Source of the DNA: Rhynchobatus australiae
Taxonomy: Eukaryota
Assembly (NCBI GenBank): GCA_034780895.1
Contig: JAUZTB010000066.1
Coordinates: 1,094,251 to 1,158,250 of the forward strand
Length of the DNA: 64,000 nt
Direction: 5' to 3'
Part shown: positions 53,695 through 64,000 of the stretch, one piece after another
Position numbering within the stretch: position 1 is the stretch's first letter
How the letters are laid out: every line of letters starts with the position of its first letter
Made by a program: the position numbers and the translations under genes
Notes under the pieces: generated by a model
What the model was told of the DNA's origin: nothing
What the model saw: only the letters and a program-made list of their open reading frames with translations
Databases searched by the model: none

Positions 53695-54730
53695 CTTGAA
53701 GGTGCCGACTCTCCCCGGGGTACAGTTCCTGAGGGTGCCAGCTGTCGCCAGGGGTACGGTCCCCGAGGGCGCCGATTGTCCCCAGGGTACAGTTCCTGAG
53801 AGTGCCGACTGTCCCCGGGGTACAGCTCCCAAGGGTGCCGACTGTCCCCGGGGTACAGCTCCCAAAGGTGCAGCTCTCCCTGGGGTGCAGTCCCCGAGGG
53901 CGCCCACTGTCGCCAGGGTACAGTCTCCATGGGCGCCTACTGTTCCCCAGAGTACCGTCCGCGAGGGCGCCGCCTGTCCCCGGGGTACCGTCCGCGAGGG
54001 CGCCGACTGTCCCCGGGGTCCCGTTNNNNNNNNNNNNNNNNNNNNNNNNNNNNNNNNNNNNNNNNNNNNNNNNNNNNNNNNNNNNNNNNNNNNNNNNNNN
54101 NNNNNNNNNNNNNNNNNNNNNNNNNGCCCACTGTCGCCAGGGTACAGTCTCCATGGGCGCCTACTGTTCCCCAGAGTACAGTCCGCGAGGGCGCCGACTG
54201 TCCCCGGGGTACAGTCCGCGAGGGCGCCGACTGTCCCCGGGGTACAGTTCCCAAGGGTGCCGACTGTCCCCGGGGTACAGTCCCCGAGGTACCGATTCTC
54301 CCCAGGTTATGGTCCCGAAAGGCACTGACTGTCCCCAGGGTACGATCCCTGAAGGTGTCAAGTGTCCCCAGGGTAGAGTCCCTGAGGGCGCTGAATGCCC
54401 CAGGTTACAGTCCCCGAGGGCGTTGACTCTCCCCAGGGTACAGTCCCCGAGGGTGTTGACTCTCCCCAGGGTACAGGCCCTGAGGACGCCGACTGTCACC
54501 AGGGTACAGTCCCCGAGTACGCTGACTGTCGCCAGGGGACAGTCCCCAAGGGTGCCGAATGTCCCCAGGGTACAATCCCTGAGGGTGCCGACTGTACCCA
54601 GGGTACAGTCCCTGAGGGCGCTGACTCTCCCCAGGGGACAGTCCCCAAGGGTGCCGACTGTCCCTAGGGTACAGTCCCTGAGGGTGCTGACTCTCCCCGG
54701 GGTACTCTCCCCCAGAGAGAGTCCCTGAAG
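53695..54730. repeat. GC/CpG-rich 33-bp minisatellite (about 30 units, gapped)
   Basis: Unit gtacagtccccgagggcgccgactgtccccagg; units start at 54176 and 54209, giving a period of 33. Confidence 0.95.
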
Positions 54731-54749
54731 GACATAGAGGAATGCGAAT

Positions 54750-54951
54750 CATTTCCAGGTTACGGCAGGGTTTCGTTCCTGTGAACTGTTCGTATCCTGA
54801 AAAGTTTGCAAGTTTGAAATGTGAATGTGAACAGAGTTCCCACATGGCAGAAGATGCCTCCAGCCTCGCAGCAGCCGGCAAATCCATCCTGCCGGTCTCC
54901 CAAATGCTCGTTCATACGTATGGGTTGTACGCAAGCTGGGGAGGACCTGTA
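54750..54951. mobile_element. Tigger/Tc1-mariner-like MITE remnant
   Basis: Left end ccaggttacggcagggtttcgttcct and right end gtacgcaagctggggaggacctg followed by TA. These resemble Tigger-type TIRs with a TA target. Confidence 0.55.
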
Positions 54952-55029
54952 CTGGAATGAAGGCCATTTGTCGCTTTGTAGCTTCCCTCAGAGTGAGCTC
55001 TGCAATTAGACACCCTCTCATGCTCTTTC

Positions 55030-55730
55030 CCTGAATACACTCAATTTCTTTTTCCTACAATCTACCTGATTCCCTTTTGAGAGTTCTTGCTGATTCCAGC
55101 TGCACTGTCCCTAGCAGCAGCAGCAAAGACGAGATCAGAACTCACAGCAGAAAAAGTTTCATCTTCCTTCCCCCTTTGCCCACATCTTCAATTTGTGCCC
55201 TCTGGGCACCAGGCCTCCTGCCCTTGAAGATGCCAACTTTCCTTAGTTTTTCAGTCAAACCCTTCATGATTTTCAGTCAAACCCTTCATGATTTTCTTAA
55301 ATCCTTCTACCTTCACTGCTCCAAAAATCGCCCCAGCATCTTCAAAGAACTGAAATCTCTCACACCAGAACCACTCTAATCAATCTTTTCTGCACTTCCT
55401 ACAGTGTGGTGCCCAGACCTGAACACATTGCTCCCGGTGAGGCTCAACAAATGATTCATAAAGGTTTAGCATAACTTCCTTGCTTTTCTCTTCTGTTAAT
55501 AAAGCCAAGAACCCCATATGCTTTTTATTTTTTAAATCTTCTAAACTTGCTCTGCCAGTTTCATATAAACACCTCTGCTCCTGAACCCATTTATACCTCT
55601 CTCTTTTTATCCCTCCTACCATTTTGCGATAAATTTCCTTGGTTATATGTCTAGTCAATTCACCAGTCCCTCTGTACTCTATTACCCTCCTCACTTCCCA
55701 CCACATCTGTAAGCTTTGAAATTATGCTGT
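55030..55730 (-). mobile_element. Degenerate CR1 fragment
   Basis: ORF 55380-55706 KSKEVMLNLYESFVEPHREQCVQVWAPHCRK. Confidence 0.75.
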
Positions 55731-57894
55731 CTGTAAGGGAAGTCCTGCATTCTTGCCTCACATCTGTAAAACAACTGCTCACCACATCTCTGTTCTCTGT
55801 CCCCAAGTCACCATGTGTCCATGCAGTCAGTCCTTTTAAAACCCCAGACTTTAGATCTTGCTATACACATCAACTAATCCACCGTCAGCAAACTTTTCCT
55901 ATGCTCAGCCAAGGAGCTCCACCACAATATCAAATACCACCAACCCTTATCAGCTCCAATCTCATCAATCAATCAATCCTGTTTCAATAACTCTACATTG
56001 CTGGAGGGATGACATTTACCCCACCAGTGCCATGTGGTCATGACCATCCACTCAAACCACTGAACAGTCAGACGGAGTCTCCTCATTACGTTGCATCCAA
56101 AGGACAGAGCCTGCAGCATTTACTCAGAAGTATGCGCACAATCACAATGACTTTCTGGGCAAAAAAAAGTTGCCTCTGGTTATTGGGTTTTCTGGAGTGT
56201 CAGCCAAGAACTCAAGTTTCTGACTCAAGCCCAGAATATGTTGACTACAATCAGTTGCTAGGTTTTGTATGTGCAGGACTAGTGAAGGTTTTAGATAAAT
56301 GAGACAACAGAACTGGGACAACTTCAACAGAAGATACTGAAACAATAGTACCTGTGCAATAATTCCAATCCCAATGAATGCTCTTCTTTTAATTCGACTA
56401 AAAGGCCAGGATTTATTGACCACTCCTACATGAACAGACAGGAGGTATAATATCACTGTTGCCTACCAAGTAGAAGCAAATTACAACTACACTCACTTAA
56501 TAAAGACCAGGAATTTCAGGGCATAAGGCAAGAATTTCCCAAATACTTTTGACTCCTGGATTCAGAGCAGACACACATCCTGGGGTTTAAGATACAAACT
56601 AGACCAAACAACAGAAGACCTTTAGTCCAGAGCACTATGTCCTCGCAAGAACCCTGTCAGCCACTTTACATGAATGTGTCATTCACAAGTGAAGAGAATT
56701 TAGAAGCAAGAAGAGAGAGGAAAAGACAACAAGTGAGAAGCAGGGAGAAAGTAAATGGAAGAACCCAGAGGAAAGCAAAGAATGAGAGAGATGCAGAGAG
56801 TGCAGCAGCTGCGGCATCTGAGGTAACAGCAGGTCCAAGCTATTGGTACCCAATTAAAACCTAAAGCAGACAGCATGCACTTTGTGCCATTCTTAAGAAT
56901 GAAAACTGACCATCCCTCTGAAACTAGGGGCTACAGTTAAAGTAATTCACTTCAGAATATCTCCCAGCAAAGTCAAGAGATTCTTCACACAAGTTAGATC
57001 AGTAAGCCATGTACGTGCTAACCAACAGATGATGTACTGATGGGAAACACTCAAAAGCATGGAGTGCAGGGGGTTGCACTCAGGTCACAACCCGGTTAAT
57101 TCCTGATACCCGTCAGTTCCAGCAGAGAGCGAGCGGAGTCACCAGCTTGTGGGGGTAGGGTAGGGGTGGCTAGATGGAATGAAATGACAAGTTAAGATAA
57201 GGAATGGATGAAACATAGCCAAACACAAATAACTGAATAAATATTGCAATACAACTGCAGCAATTAACGATCCAGAAATGGGCCCATCAATTGTGCAGTA
57301 GAAGTGAGCGACCAAATTAATCACACTTCTTCATTATCTCTGGAGTACCGTTTGTACTGATCATCAAAACTTTGACTGTTCTGCACAGAATTCTTATTTC
57401 CCTATTTAGATATTAAATGTGTAAAATCGACTGATAATTATATTCCTCAAGGGGTACCCTTTGATAATCTCCTGCACAAATGCTTCCAGCTGGTCCCCAA
57501 GGAACAATCTGCCCTTAACCTGATAAATCACCTGCCCACCAATCTAATATTTTAAATTGAAATTTAAACCAAATTCCCAGAAACTTTTGGCTTCTCCCTG
57601 CTCCTGGTCAAATCTCCCACACTCAACCAACAAGGTACAGTGACAGATCGGTCACTCTGACACCTCAGCACCCTGTAATCAATTGTGCACTGTGCAGCTG
57701 AGATACAAACTGATGACCCTCAAAAGAACAATTGCCAGAAGCCCCTTGGCTTACAGAAGGTTTTGGGAGTGACTCAGTGTCGGCTGTCACATCATCATGT
57801 CACGGGTTTCATTCTAACATCCAGTGATGAGTACATAACCAGGTTTGTATGTTAAGATGGTAATAAGGAAGTGATGCCCAGTTGAAGGGGTAGT

Positions 57895-58535
57895 GTCAAG
57901 GGAGTGCTTGAGTGCTGAGGGATTACTGCGGTACTGAAGGGGGAGTGCTGTACTACTGGAGTGCTGAGGGGGTGTTGTACTATGGAAGTGGAATGCTGAG
58001 GGAGCGCAGAACTACTGAAGGGGGAGTGCTGAGGGAGCGCTGAGGGAGCACTGAACTACTGAAGGGGGAGTGCTGAGGGAGCGCTGAACTACTGAAGGGG
58101 GAGCGCTGAACTACTGAAGGGGGAGTGCTGAACTACTGAAGGGGGAGTGCTGAACTACTGAAGGGGGAGCGCTGAGGGAGCGCTGAACTACTGAAGGGGG
58201 AGTGCTGAGGGAGCGCTGAACTACTGAAGGGGGAGCGCTGAGGGAGCGCTGAACTACTGAAGGGGGAGTGCTGAGGGAGCGCTGAACTACTGCAGGGGGA
58301 GTGCTGAGGGAGCGCTGAACTACTGAAGGGGGAGTGCTGAGGGAGCGCTGAACTGAAGGGGGAGTGCTGAACTACTGAAGGGGGAGTGCTGAGGGAGCGC
58401 TGAACTACTGAAGGGGGCGTGCGGAGGGAGCGCTGAACTACTGAAGGGGGAGTGCTGAGGGAGCGCTGAACGACTGAAGGGGGAGTGCTGAGGGAGCACT
58501 GTACTACTGAAGGGGGAGTGCTGAGGGGGTGCTCG
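57895..58535. repeat. 33-bp minisatellite built from 11-bp subunits
   Basis: Unit gaactactgaa-gggggagtgct-gagggagcgct, with 22-bp and 44-bp variants. Confidence 0.95.
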
Positions 58536-58587
58536 GCTGACAGACATGCCATCCTTTGGACAGGCCCTTAGCCTATCTGAAGACAGC

Positions 58588-59282
58588 CTGCAGATGCTGG
58601 AATCTGGAGCAAAAGACAAACTCCTGAGGAACACAGCAGGTCAGGCAGCTTCTTTGGTGGTAGAGGGATTGTCAACATTTCGGGTCGAGACCCTATATCT
58701 GGATTGAGAACGTAGAAAGGATGAATGACGAGCAGAGGGGGAGTGGTGAGACGGGCTGGCTGGCAATAGGTGGAACCAGGTGAGGAGGAGGCTGATGGGC
58801 AGTTGGCACCAGAATATCATACATGAACAACTCCTCATATTCTGTCCAGCAGCCTACAACCCAATGGTATGAACATTGAGTTTTCCAAATTTCTGGTGAC
58901 TCACATGCCATGTTACTTTCCCTCCACTTCTGGTCCATTCAGGTTCTCCCAACCCCAGCCCTTCATCAGTTTCATTCCTTCTCTATCTGCTCATCATCCC
59001 TCCCTTACCTGGTTCCACTTATCACCTTCCTTTCATATCATATTGCAGCATATCTTGTGTCTCCACTTATCTCCTCCCACTCACTGCCTCTACCTCCCTC
59101 CTCCCCTCTCCTCCATCTGCCCATCATCCTCCTCCACTGCACCTGGATCTGCCTGTTGCCTGCCAGCCCCTGCCTCACCTCAGCACTCTCAGTCCTGATA
59201 CAGGGTCTCGACCTGAAACCCTCTGCTGCCACAGATGCTGCCTGACCTGTTGAGTTCCCCCAGCAGTTTGCTCTTTGCTCCA
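58588..59282. mobile_element. Penelope-like element with inverted terminal repeats
   Basis: ctggagcaaaagacaaactcctgaggaacacagcaggtcaggcagc...gggtcgagaccct (about 58604-58694) is inverted against agggtctcgacctgaa...gctgcctgacctgttgagttcccccagcagtttgctctttgctcca (about 59202-59282). Confidence 0.75.
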
Positions 59283-61408
59283 TTAAACTATCTATCCAAC
59301 TTGGCGAACAAAGGTGGTCCACAGGACGATTCCAGAGAAAAACGGAGTTCTCTTGGTCAGTTTCCCAGCTGTCATCAACACACAGATCATTTGGTCATTT
59401 ATCTCATTTCTGCTACCCCTCTCACAAGTAGTGTGAATCATTTGAGATCACCACAGGGTCATGAAAAGGTTTAGATAAGTGTACATTCACTCTCCTTCTA
59501 AATTGACTTAATTCCTTTGTTACTATCTCATCTTCATTCAGACCTGCTTCTGCCATACACTCTCCGTCAGGAAGAAAGCAAAGCCAGCATCTTAAGCACA
59601 GCGCACTCTTAAACACAGTTCATTTACCACTGTGGCAAATTTGTTTTTTTAAATAGGCATTTTTTTGGATGAGAGAAAATTTCCAGCAAACTTTAGTTTC
59701 TGTAAGAAGTTATTTTTTACTTTTTTTAAGCTGTGATGTAATGGGAACCAGAGCTGCATTTGGCTGCCAGCTGCTTTAAGGAAAGTGTTTACAGGGTTAA
59801 AAGCACAAACACAGAACTTTACATGACCCCAAAGCAAAAAAGAAAAAAAGAGAGAAGAAAGGAATGATGTATTGCACTGGTCTTAGAGAGTTTATCCAAA
59901 GCTGGCTGGGTAGACAACAGACGGATGTGATATGGCTCGAGTCTAGTATTCCAGCCTCTCTACTTGCTTGCCCATGAGACGCTCCAGGCTCTGCTCGCCT
60001 CCTCCCTGTGCCCCTCTGTTGACTCTAGATCCTTACGAGCCAAAGCCATTACACGAGTTAAGTCACATACAACCCATGGGCGGCTGCCAAGAAACACCAT
60101 TCTATAGCTGCAAGGCAGAGGAAAAACTAGGAATACGAGGGGGGAGGAGGGTGGGAGTGGGGGGAAGGGCCTGACACTGACATACCACAGTCATGTGACA
60201 CTTCTGCAGCCACACAGCTCTCACTGTGACCCAGATCCTGTAAATACTCCAGCAATCTCAAGAGTACCACAATGATTCCCATTATGTAACCCCAGTCACG
60301 GGCAGGCTGCCAGCTACAAAACAAAGAGGACTTTCTGGCTTGGCCCGCTTTCTATTTTCCTATCCCAGCTCTGGGCCAAGACAGTGTCATACAGCTGTGC
60401 AGGAGTGAACCGGGGCTGAGACTCTCAGCCGCTGCAGCTCCAAACTCAATCCTGTCATCAGGGCAAACTCTCTCAGAAACTTACTTTACCAATAGTACTC
60501 TGACTGACTGCTCTCTCAACACTTACATCTGAATAACAGCACTGCTGATTCCTTAAAAAAAAAGAGATCTAAGTTTATTAACAAGACGGGAATTTGTGCT
60601 CGCCCATGTGCCCACATATCCGAGATCAATAAAAGAAACCCAATCTCAACCTACACAGATGAAAACTGAAAAAGCAAGATAGGTTAACAGGACAAAACCA
60701 CATTTGAATCCCAGTAAATTCTGACGTGGCTATATTTGAAATAATCGCTTGAATAATTTATTACTTGTTCACTCTCAGCAGTTTCCTGCAGTGCAGGTGT
60801 AACAGCTAAACCAAGAAAGAAAACCCACTGTGACGCCATTGGTTTAGTGACAGTGAATAGCCTATAAAGACATCAGCTGCTCAGCAACAGGCCCAGAGAT
60901 TTAATAAACACCTTCCTAAATTGGGAGAACACAAATCTGGGCACCACTTTCTGTACAGTCCAAGGGGAATAGTTCCTGAAATCTCACAAACACTTGTCTG
61001 CCATGTATCTGCATTTCTTGGCTGTGGATCAGTGCTATCACAATGGAGTGAATGCAGCAGATAAAACTTGCAAGGAGGTCCAATAGTTTAATTTCAGTGA
61101 AAGGTCCACATGTACTGCCAACATCCAAAGACACCTTTCTCAGTTTACCAGTCAGCCACTTCTCCATTTGTAGATTTAGTTTAAATAAGCTTAGTCATAG
61201 ACTGACCACCAACATAATGAAGGAAAGCAGTTGGGAGGAATTGGACAATGCAAGACAACTGAATGATCAAAAGACAAAACCACTGATAACAGTCACACAC
61301 AGGAAAATAGCAAAGTGCTTCCTCCAAAAGAGGGAAAAGTTGCAAGAGCACTGACTAAAGGTGGCAGGCTTAATGGAATCTTTCGTAAGTCGGCTGTGGA
61401 AACGAGCC

Positions 61409-61880
61409 AGAGGAGAGCTGTAGGTGATCTGGGATGCAGAGCGGGAGAGGTTTGCAGAGGAGAGCTGTAGGTGATCTGGGATGCAGAGCGGGAGAGGTTT
61501 GCAGAGGAGAGCTGTAGGTGATCTGGGATACTGAGTGGGAGAGGTTTGCAGAGGAGAGCTGTAGGTGATCTGGGTTACTGAGCGGGAGAGGTTTGCAGAG
61601 GAGAGCTGTAGGTGATCTGGGATACTGAGCGGGAGAGGTTTGCAGAGGAGAGNNNNNNNNNNNNNNNNNNNNNNNNNNNNNNNNNNNNNNNNNNNNNNNN
61701 NNNNNNNNNNNNNNNNNNNNNNNNNNNNNNNNNNNNNNNNNNNNNNNNNNNNATCTGGGATGCTGAGCGGGAGAGGTTTGCAGAGGAGAGCTGTAGGTGA
61801 TCTGGGAGACTGAGCGGGAGAGGTTTGCAGAGGAGAGCTGTAGGTGATCTGGGATACTGAGTGGGAGAGGTTTGCAGAGC
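61409..61880. repeat. 47-bp minisatellite (about 10 units, gapped)
   Basis: Unit agaggagagctgtaggtgatctgggatactgagcgggagaggtttgc; the aggagagctg motif starts at 61411 and 61458. Confidence 0.95.
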
Positions 61881-61897
61881 TGTGGAAGGCCAAGTGG

Positions 61898-62752
61898 TGT
61901 CATACAGCATGGAAACAGGCCCTTCAGTCCAACTTGTCCATGTCGACCAAGTTGCCTACCTGAGCTAGTCCCATTTGCTTGCATTTGGCCCATATCCCTC
62001 TAAACCTTTGCTATCAATATACCAGCCCAAATGTCTTTTGAATTTTTCAATTGTACTCACCTCTACCACCTCCTCTAGCAGCTGGTTCTATATACCCACC
62101 GACCTGTGTGGAAAAAGTTCCCTTCAAATTTTTCCCTTTCACTTAAATCTATGCCCTCTAGTTTCAGATTCCCCTATCAGGAGAAAAAGACAGTGACCAA
62201 CAACCTTAACCACTCCCCTCATGATTTTATATAGCTCTGTAAAGATCAATCTCCTACGCTCCAGAGAATAAAGTCCCAGCCTTTCCTTACAACTCGAACC
62301 CTCCAGTAGCATCCTCATGATTCTTTACTGCTCCAGTTCCAGCTTAATGATATCCTTCCTGTCGCTGGGCAACCAGAACTGCGCACAGTATCTTGGGTGT
62401 GTGGCCTCATCAACGACTTGTACAGTTGTAACATGTCATCCAATCTCCTGTGCTCAATGCCCTGATCGATGAGGTCTACCTGTGTTGCAACTTTCAGGGA
62501 ACTATGTACCTGTACCCCTAGGTCTCTCTGTTCTACAACACTTTCCAGGACCCTGTCATTTACTGTACAAGTCCTGCCCTGGTTTAACTTACCAAAATGC
62601 ACACCCCACACTCATCCACGTTAAATTCCATTTGCCATTCCTTGGCCTGCTTCCCTAGTTAATTGGGCTTCTACTGTAATCTTTAATAACCTTCTTCACT
62701 GTCCACTACACCACCAATTTTGCTGTCACCCACAAACTTACTAACCATGTTA
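61898..62752 (-). mobile_element. CR1 LINE 3' portion
   Basis: ORFs 62315-62611 (EQRDLGVQVHSSLKVATQVD...MLQLYKSLMRPH) and 62683-62907 (MVSKFVGDSKIGGVVDSEEG), plus the tail catacagcatggaaacaggcccttc. Confidence 0.9.
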
Positions 62753-63000
62753 ACCTTATAAAGGTATATAAAATCATGAGGGGTGTAGATAAGGTGGATG
62801 GTCACAGCCTTTTTCCCAGCATAGGGGAGCCTTAAACTAGAGGATATAGGTTTAAGGTGAGAGGGGAAGGATTTAAAAGGGGGCCCAAGAGGCAAGTCTT
62901 TCCACACAGAGGGTGGCGGGTATATGGAACAAACTGCCAGAGGAAATGGTAGAGGCAGGTACAGTTACAATGGGCAAATACCTGGATAGGAAAGATGGGA
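62753..63000 (+). mobile_element. CR1 3' fragment in the opposite orientation
   Basis: ccttataaaggtatataaaatcatgagggg...tggaacaaactgccagaggaaatggtagaggcagg (LIKVYKIMRG...WNKLPEEMVEAG). Confidence 0.88.
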
Positions 63001-63352
63001 CAGGTACAGAGGGATATTGGATATCATTATGCTAGAGTTGGAAGCAACGCTGGAAGAACATGACCAGGAGTATCCTGTTCAGTCAATGCGAACTTGAAGA
63101 GAGTTTGGGTCCTGAAACTCCAAAACCAACAACAAACAAGCTACCTCTGATCTGTACCTTTAAGGTACAAACACAGTTTGACAAAGGAACTAAGAAATGA
63201 GTGGAAAGCCAAGGGCTTTAAACTGAATTCAAAAGTCATCACATTACCCTGGCTCTCAGGCTCCCAAACAAACAGTAGGGTGGGAACAGAATAAATGTAA
63301 GCAAACTAAAGCTCTCTGCTCTGCAGTATAAGCAAAGGTGAAAACAACGTAC

Positions 63353-63512
63353 TCCTTTGGTAGGATGAGCGAGTTTGGTGGTGGGTTCCATTCATCCGGG
63401 TGACCCAGCATCCAATCAGACCACACCTTCACACTGGGAAGCAGCTCCTTCAGGTCAAGGCTGAAAGCAGACACCTTGATATCATCTTCCTCCTCCTCCT
63501 CACTCGAACGGG
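63353..63512 (-). CDS. SMG6: SMG6 (EST1A) internal coding exon, 160 nt, phase 1 in / phase 2 out
   Basis: Minus strand reads tatttatttccatcacAG|CC CGT TCG AGT GAG..., translating [52 protein letters not shown] and ending CCA AAG GA|GTACGT. It matches vertebrate SMG6 as I recall it ([37 protein letters not shown]). Confidence 0.96.
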
Positions 63513-63574
63513 CTGTGATGGAAATAAATAGTAAATTATGTGTGTTGCTTGGTGAAAATAACAGACCTCTATGG

Positions 63575-64000
63575 TCATAGAATCACAGTTATGCAGCACT
63601 GAAACAGGCCCTTTGGCCCAACTTGTCTATGATGACCAAGTTGCCTACCTGAGCTAGTCCACAATTGCCTGTGTTTGGCCCATATCCCTCCAAACCTTTC
63701 ATCCATGTACCTGGCTAAATATCCTTTAAAGTTTATAACTGTACCTACCTCTACCACCTCCTCTGGCAGCTTGGTTTACATACCCACCATCCTCTAGGTG
63801 GAAATGTTGCCCCTTAGGTCCCCTTTAAATCATTCTCCTCTTATTTTTATCATACTCTCTAGTTTTAGACTCCCCTACCCCAGGAAAGACTGTGAACATT
63901 TACCCTATCCATGCCTCTCATGATTTTATAAACCTCTATAAGGTCACCCCTCAGTCTCTTACGCTCCAGAGATATGGCTCCAGACTGTCCAGTCTCTTCT
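63575..64000 (-). mobile_element. CR1 3' end, running off the window edge
   Basis: Tail catagaatcacagttatgcagcactgaaacaggccc, and the reverse of LERKRLRGDLIEVYKIMRG at about 63910-63970. Confidence 0.9.

Larger units (their letters stand above)
51940..63352 (-). other. SMG6: SMG6 intron (about 11.4 kb, GT-AG, phase 2)
   Basis: GTACGT donor at 63352 and TTCAG acceptor ending at 51940; the reading frame is continuous across the junction. Confidence 0.92.

Noticed and set aside
53695-54730. CRISPR-like array of palindromic repeats
   Set aside because: Units are head-to-tail with no unique spacers, there are no cas genes, and the context is a vertebrate intron.
53604-54887. Long ORFs (up to 308 aa) on both strands
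   Set aside because: By-products of a 33-bp stop-poor tandem repeat, and several span an N gap. No splice or homology support.
55248-55296. 22-bp direct duplication ttttcagtcaaacccttcatga
   Set aside because: Simple slippage inside a decayed CR1 with no sign of function.
58133-58634. Ser/Pro-rich mucin-like ORFs
   Set aside because: Translations of the 33-bp minisatellite.
61267-61993. About 208-aa ORFs on the SMG6 strand
   Set aside because: Derived from the 47-bp tandem repeat, an N gap and a CR1 tail; no SMG6 similarity.

Overview
Vertebrate genomic DNA, almost certainly a cartilaginous fish (shark or ray), judged from its HE1/V-SINE-like, DeuSINE-like, CR1, Rex1-like and Penelope repeats. 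It is a gapped draft assembly. The only host protein-coding sequence I can support is two minus-strand internal exons of SMG6 (EST1A, the NMD endonuclease): 63353-63512 (160 nt) and 51738-51939 (202 nt). They have canonical AG/GT ends and compatible phases. The remainder is SMG6 intron: about 11.4 kb between the two exons and more than 51 kb downstream in which I could not find the next exon. The introns hold many decayed retroelements, a Tigger-like MITE, four minisatellites (30, 33, 33 and 47 bp units) and several repeat-free islands rich in homeodomain, POU, FOX and ETS motifs that look like candidate conserved non-coding enhancers. I found no convincing new protein-coding system. The best leads are (i) inverted CR1 copies bracketing the 160-nt frameshifting exon, with a competing intronic partner, (ii) a candidate stop-containing cryptic exon just downstream of the 202-nt exon, (iii) candidate enhancers possibly serving the neighbouring HIC1 gene, and (iv) a minisatellite apparently born from a DeuSINE motif. 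Repeat boundaries are approximate and family names come from recognition, not from a database search.
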